Source: Hemiscyllium ocellatum (lineage: Eukaryota). From it: DNA of 64,000 bases. Shown piece by piece: positions 50,301 to 61,244 of the stretch (positions within the stretch are counted from its first letter, which is position 1; each line of letters begins with the position of its first letter). Below the pieces are notes generated by a model that saw only the letters and a list, made by a program, of their open reading frames with translations, was not told where the DNA came from and ran no database searches. Where the stretch lies: positions 36,977,090 to 37,041,089 of the forward strand of contig NC_083435.1 in NCBI RefSeq assembly GCF_020745735.1, in the 5' to 3' direction. The position numbers were made by a program, and so were the translations under genes.

Positions 50301-53300
50301 GCGAATCCTATTGAATCGCATGGATCGGTTGGAGCTACAGTTGGAGGCAATGAGGAATTTACTAGAGAAAGGGGGTGTGATGGATGGCAGTTACAGGAAG
50401 GCAGAAAAGCCACAGATAAAGTCAGGTAGATGGGTTACCTCCAGGAAAGGTAGGAGAGGTAGGCACGAAGTGCAGGAGTCTCCTGTGGCTATCCCCATTT
50501 CAAACAAGGATGTTGTTTTGGAAAATGTAAGGGGTGATGGGGTCTCAGGGGAGTGTAACAGGAACAGCCAAGTTTCTGGTATCAAGACTGGCTCTCATGT
50601 AATGTGGGGTACGTCGGGTTCCAAGCAATCGATTGTGTTAGGGCGCTCTCTATTCAGAGGCATGGACAACATTTCTGTGACCAGCAGTGAAAAATCAGAA
50701 TGGTATGATCAAAATCCCTGGTTTCAGAATCAAGGATATCTCAGACAGAGTGAAGAATGTTCTCAAAAGGGGAGAAGGACTAGCAAGAGGTCATTGTACA
50801 CGTTGGAACCAATGACATAAGAAGGGAAAAGGATGAGATTCTGAATGGAGAATATAGAGAGTTAGGCAGAGATTTAAAAAGGAGGTCCTCAAGGGTAGTA
50901 ATATCTTGATTACTCCTGGTGCTGCTAGCTAATGAGGGTAGAAATAGAAGGATAGGGCAGATGAATAATTGGCTGAGGAGCTGGTGTATGGGAGAAGGAT
51001 TCACATTTTTGGATCATTGGAATCTCTTCTGAGGTAGAAGTGACCTGTACAAGAAGGATAGATTGCATCTAAATTGGAAGGCGGGGGGAGGGGGCGACTA
51101 ATATACTGGCAGGGAGATTTGCTAGAGCTGCTCTGGAGGATTTAAATGAGTAAGGTGGAGGGAGGGGGCGCACCCAGGGAGATATTGAGAAAGGGGATCA
51201 AGCTGAGACTGGTACAGTTGGGAAAGGGAGTTAGTCAAACAGCTGGGGCAGGAAGGAACATAGCAGACAAGATAGCAGTGATAAATTAAACTGCATTTAC
51301 TTCAATGCAAGAGGCCGAATAGAGAATGCAAATGAACTCAGGGCATGGCTGGGAACATGGGACAAGGATATCATAGCAATTACAGGAATGTGGCTCATGG
51401 ATGATCAGGCCTGGTCGCTTAATGTTCCAGGATACAAATGTGAGAGAAGGATTACAGGGGTGGGGGTGCAAGAGAGGAAGGGGAGCAGCATTTTTGATAA
51501 GGGACAGTATAACTGAAGGAGGATATTCCTGGGAGTACATCATGATGAGTTATTTAGGTGGAACTGAGAAATAAGAAAGGGATGATCACTTTTTTTGGAA
51601 TTGTAGATACCTTAATAGTTAGCGGAAAACTGAGAAACAAGTTTGTAAAGAGATGTGAGCTATCTGTAAGAATAATCGGGTGGTTATGAAAGGGGATTTC
51701 AACTTTCCAAACATGGACTGGGATTGCCATCGTGTTAAGGGTTTAGATGGAGAGGAAATTATGTACAAGAAAATTTTCTGATTCAGTGTATGGATGTACC
51801 TACTAGAGAAAGTGGAAAACTTGACTGAGTCTTGGGAAGTAAGGTAAAAGTGACTGAGGTGTCAGTGGGGGAGCACTTTGGGGCCAGCGACCACATTTCT
51901 ATTAGTTTTAAAGTACTGATGGAAAAAGATAGACCTGACCTAAAGGCTGAAGTTCTAAATTGGTGGAAGACTAAGTTTGATGGTATTAGGCAAGAACTTT
52001 CAAGAACTTTCCTGATGAAGGGCTTATGCTCGAAACGTCGAATTCTCTATTCCTGAGATGCTGCCTGGCCTGCTGTGCTTTGACCAGCAACACATTTGCA
52101 GCTGTGATCTCCAGCATCTGCAGACCTCATTTTTTACTCGAAGAACTTTCAAAAGCTGACTGGGGGCGGATGTTCGCAGGTAAAGGGATGGTTGGAAAAC
52201 GGGAAACCTTGAAATGTGAGACAATGGAAGTCCAGAGGCAGTATATTTCTGTCAGGGTGAAAAGAAAGGCTGGTAGGTATAGGCATGCTGGATGACAAGA
52301 GAAACTAGGGTTTGGTTAAGAATAAGAAGGAAGCATATGACAAGTATAGACAGGATACATCAAGTGAATCCTTAGAAGAGTATAAATGCAGTAGGAGTAT
52401 ACTAAAGACAGAAATCAAGAGGGCAAAAAGGGGACAAGAGACAGTTTTGCCAAATAGGGTGAAGGAGAATCCAAAGTGTTTTTACAAATAAGGACAGAAG
52501 GGTAAGTAGGGAGAGGCAGCCTTTGTATGGAGCCAGAGGAGATGGGGGAGATGCTAAATGAGTATTTTACATCAGGGTATACTGTGGAGAAGGACATGGA
52601 AGATATAGAATGTAGGGAAATGGATGGTGACATCTTGAAAAATGTCCAGATGACAGAGGAGGAAATGCTGGATGTCATGAAACACATAAAAGTGGATAAA
52701 TCCTCAGGTATACCCTAGAACTCTGTGGGAAGTTAGGGAAGTGATTGCTGGGCCCCTTGCTGAGATATTTGTATCATCGATAGTCACAAGAAGACTGGGG
52801 ATTGGCTAACATGGTACCACTATTTAAGAAGTGTGGTAAGGAAAACCCAGGGAACTACAGACCAGTGACCCTGATATTGGTGGTGTCACATTGTTGGAGG
52901 GAATCCTGAGGGACAGGATTTACACATATTTGGAAAGGCAAAGACTGATTGGGGTTAGTCGGCATGGGTTTGTGTGTGGGAAATCATGTCTCATAAACTT
53001 GATTGAGTTTTTTGAGGAAGTAAACAAAGAGGATTGATGAGGGCAGAGTGGTAGATGTAACATATATGGACTTCAGTAAGGCATTTGACAAAGTTCCACA
53101 TGAAAGACTACTTAGCAAGGTTAGATCTCATGGAATACAGGGGAACTAGCCATTTGAATATAGAACTGGCTCAAAGGTAGAAGACAGAGGGTGGAGGTGG
53201 AAGATTGCTTTTCAGACTGGAGGCCTGTGACCTGTGGTATATCACAAGGTTCAGTGATGGCTCTACTGCTTTTTGTCATTTATATAAATGATTTGGGTGT

Positions 53301-56300
53301 GAACATCGGAAGTATAATTAGTAAGTTTGCAGATGACATCAAAATTGGAGATGTGGTGGACATTGAAGAAGGTTACCTCAGATTACAACGGGATCTTGAT
53401 CAGATGGGCCAACAGTCTGAGGAGTGGCAGATGGAGTTTAGTTTAGATAAATGTGAGGTGCTGCATTTTGGAAAAGCAAATCAGAGCATGACATTTGGCC
53501 CGATGGAGTGCTGCTGAACAAAGAGACCTTAGAGTGCAGATTCATAGCTCCCTGAAAGTAGAGTTGCAGGTAGATAGGATATTGAAGAAGGCATTTTGTA
53601 TGGCTTCCTTTATTGGTCAGAGTATTGAGTACAGGAGTTGGGAGTTATATTGTGACTATATAGGACATTGGTAAGGCTGCTTTTCGAATGTTGCATGCAA
53701 TTCTGGTCTCCTTCCTATGGGAAGGATGTTGTGAAACTTGGAAGGGTCTAGAAAAAATTTTCAAGGATTTTGTCAGGGTTGACGGTTTGATCTGAAGGGA
53801 GAGGCTGAACAGGCTAGGGCTGTTTTCCCTGGAGGGTTGGAGAGTATGGGGTGGCTTGATAGAGGTTTATAAAATCATGAGGGCATGGATAGGATAAATA
53901 GACAAGGTCTTTTTCCTGGGGTGGGGGAGTCCAGAACTCGAGGGCATAAGTTCAGGGAGAGAGGGGAAAGGGACGTAAGGGACAACCTTTTCATGCAGAG
54001 GGTGGTACATGTATGGAATGAGGTGCCACAAGAAGTGGTGGAGGTTGGTACAATTGCAGCATTTAAAAGACATCTAGATGGATATATGAATTGGAAGGGT
54101 TTAGAGTGAGATGGGCCAAGTGCTGGCAAATGGGACCAGATTAATTTCGGATATCTTGTCGGCATGGATGACTTGGACCGAATGGTCTGTTTCTGTGCTG
54201 TACATCTCTATGACTCTAAATGCTGACAAATGGGACTTAGATCAGTTTAGGATATCTGCTCTGCATGGAAGAGTTGACTGTAAGGTCTATCTCTGTGCTG
54301 TACGATTCTATGAATCTACCTTCTGTACAATTTCCTCTAATTATTACAGTGTTTTTAAACTATGTTCTCATTGTTTAATCTATTCATCACAAATTAAACA
54401 GAATGAGTTGGCCTCTTTTGGGCAGTGATGGTTTCCCAGAATGCCCTGTTTCAGGTCCCAGCTGCCCCAAAGGGGTCACAATGTATCTGCACAACGTGAT
54501 TCCAAAATATCTCCAGATCATGAATGGACCGTGACAGTCAAATATTCTCTTTCAAGTCCCTCATGTTCTCAATTCATTCGTTGTCTAACTGTTTGCTGAT
54601 TGGCTCATAACTTAACATGAATAATATTAATAATCATTCCATCAATTTCTGCATCTTTAAAATATTTCTTCATTCCTAGCTTTGTTTGCTTTATAATTCT
54701 TTTTTCTATTTTAATGACAATAAATAATATACTGCAATGCAACACTTGATACGCTGCTTTCAAACACACTCCCAGTTAATTTTAGTAACATGGGAGTTCA
54801 GAGGGAGAGTGGGCAAGTCAGCCCTTTGAGTCCACTCCACCATTTAACATGATCATGGCTGATCTTCTCCTGATCTCACCTCCACCTTCCTGCCTGCTCC
54901 CATCCCCCTTTATCCTGCTTTCCATCAGAAATGTAGCCATTTCTTTCCTGAATTTATTGATTGATTCTTCCCCACTCTGGGTCAGTGAGTTCCACAGATT
55001 CACAACCCTCTGAAAGAGGGAGTTTCTTCTCAAATGAGTTTTGAATCTATCTCCTCTCTCTCTCTATGTCTATGACCTCTTGTTCGAGACTGTCCCACAG
55101 AGGAACATCTGTTTGACATCAACCTTCCCATTCACCTTGAGCATTTTATATTCCTCAATCAGATCCTTCTTCATTCTTCTTGTCTCCAGTGAGTCCAGGC
55201 CCAAGCTATACAATTGCTTCTCGTACAATAACCCTTTCATCCCTGGAACCAGCCTGGTGAACCTCCTCTGAACTGCCTGCAATGCCACCACATCCTCCCT
55301 TAGGTAAGGAGACCACAACTGGACATCATTCTTCAGGTGTGGTCCTACCAATGCCTTATATAATTGTAACAACACTTAGAGTCATAGAGATGTACAGCAT
55401 GGAAACAGACCCTTTGGTCCTACCCATCCACACCGACCAGATATCCCAACCCAATCGAGTCCCACCTGTCAGCACCCGGCCCCTATCCCTCCAAACCCTT
55501 CCTATTCATATACTCATCCAAATGCCTCTTAAAGTTACAATTGTACCAGCCTCCACCACACTCTCTGACAGCTCATTTCATACACGTACCACCCTCTGCG
55601 TGAAAATGTTGCCCCGTAGGTATCTTTTATATCTTTCCCCTCTCGCACTAAACCTATGCCCTCTTGTTCTGGACTCCCTGACCCCAGGGAAAAGACTGTC
55701 TGTTTATCCTATCCATGGTCCTCATAATTTTGTAAACCTCAATAAGGTCACCCCTCAGCCTCCGACGGTCCAGGGAAAACAGACCCAGCCTATTCAGCCT
55801 AACCCTATTAGCTCAAATCCTCCAAACCTGGCAACATCCTTGCAACTATTTTCTGAACACTTTCAAGTTTCACAACATCTTTCCGATAGGAAGGAGACCA
55901 GAATTGCACACAATATTCCAACAGTGGCCGAACCAATGTCCTGTACAGCCGCAACATGACCTCCCAACTCCTGTACTTAATACTCTGACTAATAATGGAA
56001 AGCATAGCAAACACCTTCTTCACGATCCTATCTACCTGTAACTCCACTTTCAAGAAGCTATGAACCTGCTCTTTGTTCAGCAACACTCCCTGGGACCTTA
56101 CCATTAAGTGTATACATCCTGCTAAGATTTGCTTTTCCAAAATGCAGCATCTCATTCTTATCTGAATTAAACTCCATCTGCCACTTCTTAGCCCATTGGC
56201 CTATCTGGTCAAGATCCTGTTGTAATCTGAGGTAACCCTCTTCGCTGTCCACCACACTTCCAATTTTGGTATCATCTGCAAACTTACTAACTGTACCTCT

Positions 56301-59300
56301 TATGCTTGCATCCAAATCATTTATGTAAATGACAAAAAGTAGAGGACCCAGTACCGATCCTTGTGGCACTCCACTGGTCAGAGGCCTCTAGTCTGAGAAA
56401 CAACCCTCCACCACCACCCTCTGTCTTCTACCTTTGAGCCAGTTCTATATCCAAACAGCTAGTTCTCCCTGTAATTCCATGAGATCTAACCTTGCTAATC
56501 AATCTGCCATGGGGAACCTTGTTGAATGCCTTACTGAAGTCCATATAGATCACATCTACCGCTCTGCCCTCATCAATCCTCTTTGTTACTTCATCAAAAA
56601 CTCAATCAAGTTTGTGAGACATGATTTCCCACACACAAAACCATGTTGACTATCCCGAATTAGTCCTTGCCTTTACAAATACATGTACATCCTGTCCCTC
56701 AGGATTCCCTCCAACAACTTGCCCACACTGAGGTCAGGCTCATCGGTCAATAGTTCCCTGGCTTGTTTTACCACCCTTCGTAAACAGTGGCATCACATTA
56801 GCCAACCTCCAGTCTTCTGGCACCTCACCTCTAGTATCTCAGCAAGAGGCCTAACAAATCACTCCTCTAGCTTCCCACAGAGTTCTAGGGTACACCTGCT
56901 CAGGTCCTGGGATTTATCCACCTTTACCCATTTCAAGACATCCAGCACTTCCTCCTCTGTCATATGTTCTTTGCAATAAATGCCAGTATTCCATTTGCCT
57001 TTCTTGTTATATGCTGCACCTGCATATCCACTTTCTGCAATTCATGGCCAAAAACACCCAGATCCCTCTGCACTGACACACTGTGAACCTGCTTCCCAAC
57101 GAAATGACTATTTGTCGTCTTATTTTCCAGCCAAAATGAACAAGCCCACACTTATCCACATTAACCTCCACCAATCAGAGTCTGACCCATTCTCCAAGCA
57201 ATATCCATCTGGAAACTTATTATCTCCTCACCATAGCCTGGTTTCCCACCAATCTCAGTATCATCCACGAGTTTATCTGTGATACACACTGATCCTGCTT
57301 GCAGTTCATTTATACAGATTGCAAATACTTGAAGTCTGACAACTAACCTGTGCAGCACAAGACTAGTTACAGGTCACAATCCAGAGAAGGACCTATTTTT
57401 CCTGATCCTCTGTTTTGTGTCAGTTAGTCAATCCTTTATTTAAGCCAATACTCTACCTTTAACTCCCTAGGATCTAACCTTCAACAAAAGACCCTTTACC
57501 CATCATGTGCAAGACTAAAGTAATTTACAAGATACCCTGCAAAGACTGCATGAAACACTATATACACCAGGCAGACAACAAACAATTCACATCCATGAAC
57601 ACCAACTAGCCACTAAATATCTTGACCAGCTGTCCCTGATAGCCAAATATACAGAAGCCAAGGACCACAAATTCGACTGAATCAACACAACTATCATAGG
57701 ACAAGCTAAACAGAGGACAGCCAGCGAATTTCTAGAAGCACGCCAGTCAACAAACACATTACCTAGGTCCAATATACCGGCCACTACAATGAACAACTGG
57801 AACCAGAAGGAACAGAGCCAAGTAAATTCCAGAAAGCACAGTACAGCAGCGCTTCACAGGAGGCTCTGAAGCACTGGAGATGTCACTTAGACAGGGGATG
57901 AAATGTCTGCAAATCAATTTTCTAGTTCAGCGACCATACCCTTCCCATGGCAACCGGCACCCAAGCTACTCTCAATTGTCTCTGCTTATCTCGATGGATG
58001 CTGCCTGGCCAGCTTTGAATTTCCAGCATTTAAATTTCAGATTTCCAGCATCTGCAATACTTTCCTACCCTGTGATATGCTGCAGTGACATGTCTACTTT
58101 CGGGGTACCTGTAAGATGTTACTGCATTGGGCCAGGTTTGAAGAAACTGAGATGCTCACATAACAGGAAAAAACAAGTTGCATGTTGGTAGGGCTCCCAT
58201 GACTGAGCGGCACAAAATGGCTGCTGGCTGCCCATGGTTAACGCAGCAGAACATGGCTGACAGTAGTTACAGCACTTAGGAAAATGTTTGCTTCATGTAG
58301 CCTTCACATGTAGGACAATAGTAACTCTGTATAATCAAGGTTACTGACTGAGAGAGAATGTGCAGCTGCAGTTGCTTTCTTAGATAAGAACATTTCACTA
58401 AATTAGTTGTTTCTCTTGAATTATTTAATGAATCTGTTACAATATTAAGAGTAGGTTTCATTTATGATTCTTCAGATAATCATAGATATCGATTCTGAAG
58501 TAGTTGTGAATCTACATATATATAAAAAAAACACTAAAAGTACTGGAGGAAAAGATTCAAATCAGTTTCAGACAGTAAACACAATCCCAATTACTATTAC
58601 CATTACTACAGGAATGAAAACAGAGATCAGAAGATATCGTAATGTGGATTGAATGAACACTTTAAGACACTATTTGTTAGCTGAAGAATTCTAACATTTA
58701 GTGAAACTACCTAACTTTGTTGGGACCATTTAAAACTCAATATTCTTTTGTTTTTCCTGTGATGAGAAATGTGAAAGGTTCCTGAAGCAAGTATCCAGTA
58801 AATTGGATGCAGGTAACATGGTGCAGCTGGGAGGTGTCACTGGAATACAGTATCTATTGTGAAAAACCTCAAGAAGAAAGATAAGAAAGGCTGGGTAAAC
58901 ATCATGAGGGACCAGGGGTGGGCCAATAACCTGTCCATCTCTTTGTTGTTCAGTGATATGACGAAATACATTGAGGTAAACTTGAACTGTGTAAAATGCT
59001 GTATAGAGAGCCAATTACAGAGAGATAACTCAACATCACTGACCATTTGTTATTGGTGGGGGAGGGGGTCCTGCACACTCTCAGCTTCAACCCGATACGT
59101 TCAGACATTCTGAAGCTTTTAGTGTGCCTTTTTGCAATGCTGTAACTGAAGCTGTCGATCACATTAAAGGTTATCTGAATCTGCTCCGTGACTCAGACTC
59201 TCACAGATAAAGTCTAACATCTGAGAAAGCAATGGTTGGAAGGTGGGTCATACTGAATGCTGAGATTTCAATGGGCTTTGCAAATAGACGAATGGAGTAC

Positions 59301-60926
59301 AAAATCTGGGGGGGGAAGAGACTGTCACACACCTCCTTCTGGAATGTGCCTATGCAGAGGAAGTCTGGAGAGGAATGCAGTGGTGTTTGTCGAGGTTCGT
59401 CTCGAGCAGCGCCGTGACGCGGGACTCCGTGCTCTATAGCCTGTTCCCCGGGACGCACACCGAGACGAACATCAACTGTGTCTGGGGGATCATCAACTCG
59501 GTGAAGGACGCTCTCTGGGTGGTCCGAAACCTGTTGATCTTTCAGCTGAAGGAGTTAACCCTGACTGAGTGTTGCAGACTGGCACATTCCAACGTCCAGG
59601 ACTACGTGTTGAGAGACGCGCTGAAGCTTGGGGCAGCTGCCGCCAAGGCGCGGTGGGGAAAGACCACCATGTAACATCTGCCTGTCTAAAGAAGAACAGG
59701 GGCCCCATGCAGTCGTTTGGGCTATGTTGGCGCCTCAGTTAATTATATGGACATATGAATGAGAAAGGCACAGACCTGTATGTAACAATGATAATTTCTG
59801 AGCTGTGTATGTAAATGTTGACATATGTACGGCATGACCAAATGTACAGACCATCAAATTATTTTATGAATAAAGTATATTTTTGAAATAAAAAAAAATT
59901 TTGTTAAACCTATGGAAAACATTTTGACTGCACCGTGTCTACAATTTCCTATTTCGGGCGCTCAAAAGATATGAAGAAGCGGGGTGAATGTTGGTGGTGC
60001 ACTGTGGGTGGAAAAGGCTCACAGAGATAAGGGAAGCATCGAGGCCTATTACATCTCTCCCAGCCCCGGGACCCAAATGCCAGTGTTGGGGAATGAATGA
60101 GGTTTTATGATGAAAGGATGAAAGGGGACAACCAATAGAGAAATTCAATCAGCCACATCTTACCAGATGTCTGGTTTGTCCTCTTCATTACTGCACTCAT
60201 TGTTTCCTTTGCTATGTTTGCACGTATTTTTACCCGATCTGTGAGATAATCCCAGAAATTCACATTGAAGGATTCTGCCATGAACTGCTGTCTGGGGATG
60301 CACTGTTGGGTTTTACTGTCACGAGAAGCTGTTATAACTCCATTGACCGTTGCACTGTTTGTAATCTCAGGAAAATCCTTAATTCCAGAAACAACTGTGT
60401 AAATCACAGTGATTACATTAGTCCCTATAAAGCAAACAATGAAAGCAGGAAGTTACACAACACGAAAATAAACATCATATTAATAACCTGGGCCACAAAA
60501 CCAGAATCACATCACAGATCCCAGGGACATCACTAATGTGAGAGATTGCCCTCAAAATCACTTTCAACTTGTTATATCTGTAAAGGTCAGGCTGAAAACA
60601 ATTACACAGACTTTCAGCTGGTCAAAGTGAGGCCCATCCACACAGTGACAATCTCCAATAATCCACCAAATTATAACACTGTCAGAATCCTGTCTGATAT
60701 AATCAATAGAATCAGATTCAACTGGGTCAGAATTAGCTGCTGCAGCCTCTCAGAACAGGGAGTAAACACAGAGTCAGGGTCACTCGGATACTCGATAGAA
60801 TCAGTGTGGACACAGGGAGAGGCTGGGACACAATCCAGGGATTGGATATTAAACAGAAAATCACTAACCTGGAACAGGAACTTGGCATAAATGGAAGAAA
60901 AATATTGAAAGGACTCTCCTGCCCAT
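44335..60926 (-). CDS. Nonclassical MHC class I heavy chain gene B (7 coding exons, 352 aa)
   Basis: Coding lengths 58+261+276+279+120+33+32 = 1059 nt, one frame, all phase-1 GT-AG introns. Protein: MGRRVLSIFFFHLCQVPVP|GTNVITVIYTVVSGIKDFPEITNSATVNGVITASRDSKTQQCIPRQQFMAESFNVNFWDYLTDRVKIRANIAKETMSAVMKRTNQTS|GIHTFQQIATVEVSDDGSIKTSMRFGFDGKDFISLEPDTMRWIASNPIAVMTKEKWESDDSWNNYWKRHLEELVVEYLNRYLEAGKDYFKRK|IQPKVFISRREPNGQDKPLTLSCLVTGFYPVDIEVTWLRNGEVMSETQSSRVRPNHDGTHQIQKEIEINAGDEDQYSCQIEHSSLAEGKLYQW|ENLKSNWLHSHLGSLIASMVILLAVIVGIFGIIIWKRSRR|GSPSGTYTTAP|TSDISGAVSS*. Lineage (UBA/UCA/UDA/UEA etc.) cannot be assigned without a phylogeny. The alpha3-TM link spans an N gap. Confidence 0.88.
44702..44998 (+). 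mobile_element. V-SINE-type element in gene B intron 6
   Basis: Head ggggcagcacggtggctcagtggttagc. Absent from the homologous intron at about 8430. Confidence 0.9.
45054..45086 (-). CDS. Gene B exon 6, cytoplasmic exon 1
   Basis: tttctgcag|GT...CCC A|gtaagt, a 33-nt symmetric phase-1 exon encoding GSPSGTYTTAP. It carries the class I cytoplasmic Tyr (YxxA). A conserved paralogous copy is at 8348-8380. Confidence 0.85.
45530..45649 (-). CDS. Gene B exon 5, connecting peptide and transmembrane segment
   Basis: Acceptor tgtgtttcag and donor G|gtaaga, 120 nt. LGSLIASMVILLAVIVGIFGIIIW followed by the KRSRR stop-transfer. Confidence 0.88.
45770..46400 (-). mobile_element. Penelope-like 5' region fragment
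   Basis: Similar in character to 17400-17790. Confidence 0.45.
46427..47060. mobile_element. Probable solo LTR
   Basis: TG...CA ends and composition like the LTR at 2627-3330. No clear TSD. Confidence 0.45.
47539..47754. other. Assembly gap (216 N)
   Basis: The N run begins 4 nt into the intron after gene B alpha3, where paralog A has a (GT)n tract. Confidence 0.99.
47759..48037 (-). CDS. Gene B exon 4, alpha3 Ig C1-set domain
   Basis: Acceptor cccctttcccatcacag and donor TGG G|gtaa, 279 nt. LSCLVTGFYP...W...RPNHDGT...YSCQIEHSSL with both Ig cysteines. Confidence 0.96.
48154..48429 (-). CDS. Gene B exon 3, MHC class I alpha2 domain (no cysteines)
   Basis: Acceptor tcatcaccgacag|GA and donor A|gtatat, 276 nt. 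Motifs GIHTFQ, FGFDGKDFISL, W, TKEKW, YL.AG are typical of shark class I alpha2. Confidence 0.95.
48922..54321 (+). mobile_element. Nested CR1-in-CR1 block in gene B intron 2
   Basis: Outer truncated CR1 (48922-49690 plus tail 54219-54315). Inner near-full-length CR1 (about 49692-54218) has ORF1 remnants (CRKC..coiled coil; esterase LYKKD.LHLNWK), endonuclease and RT. CTACCT lies at both ends, and paralog A has the empty site at about 14570. Confidence 0.88.
52012..52140 (+). mobile_element. Penelope-derived mini-insertion with hammerhead core
   Basis: About 90 bp nearly identical to 12371-12463. AAGAACTTTC occurs twice before and once after. Confidence 0.85.
54790..57480 (-). mobile_element. 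Stack of CR1 LINE fragments
   Basis: [36 protein letters not shown]; tails at about 55380 and 55000. Confidence 0.88.
57500..57950 (+). mobile_element. Penelope-like GIY-YIG fragment
   Basis: Homologous to 21893-22450. Confidence 0.8.
59305..59898 (+). mobile_element. Tx1/L1-clade LINE 3' end
   Basis: QWCLSRFV..SAVTRDSVLY.LFPGTHTE; AATAAA and polyA. Same family as 38740-40795. Confidence 0.92.
60164..60424 (-). CDS. Gene B exon 2, MHC class I alpha1 domain
   Basis: Acceptor ttgtttgctttatag|GG and donor G|gtaaga, 261 nt. Class I alpha1 motifs: PE, DS..Q..IPRQ.F, FWD, and C-terminal KRTNQT with the conserved N86 sequon. Confidence 0.92.
60869..60926 (-). CDS. Gene B exon 1, signal peptide
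   Basis: ATG at 60926 gives MGRRVLSIFFFHLCQVPVP, then G|gttagt phase-1 donor, about 450 bp upstream of alpha1. Basic N-terminus plus hydrophobic core. Confidence 0.7.
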
Positions 60927-61159
60927 GGTCCATCTGGAGTGAGGAATTCAGGATAATCCGAGGGTAGGTTTATCCATAACCAGGAAAGGTGTGGGGTGAG
61001 TGAATCCAGATTGAAATGAAGAGAAACAGGAATATTTGGGAGGATGAAGTGTGAGACCATGGGGGACAGTCACTGTGTGAACAGTCTCTCTGTCAAACAG
61101 GGAGATGGACAATCCCGAGCAGGATCCCCACTGTCCTTCACTGAGCTTTTTAATCAGCA

Positions 61160-61166
61160 CTTTATA
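61160..61166 (-). promoter_or_regulatory. Candidate TATA box of gene B
   Basis: TATAAAG on the minus strand about 235 bp upstream of the leader ATG. Motif and position only. Confidence 0.35.
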
Positions 61167-61244
61167 CACGGCCAGTAGGATGTTGGTGTCTGAGATAACC
61201 CGGCCTATTCAACCATGAGGGCATCACAGCTGGGCCTGGGCTGG

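Noticed and set aside
60671-61060. 129-aa ORF overlapping the gene B leader
   Set aside because: Different frame, phase 0 at the donor, no signal-peptide character; treated as 5'UTR and intron read-through.
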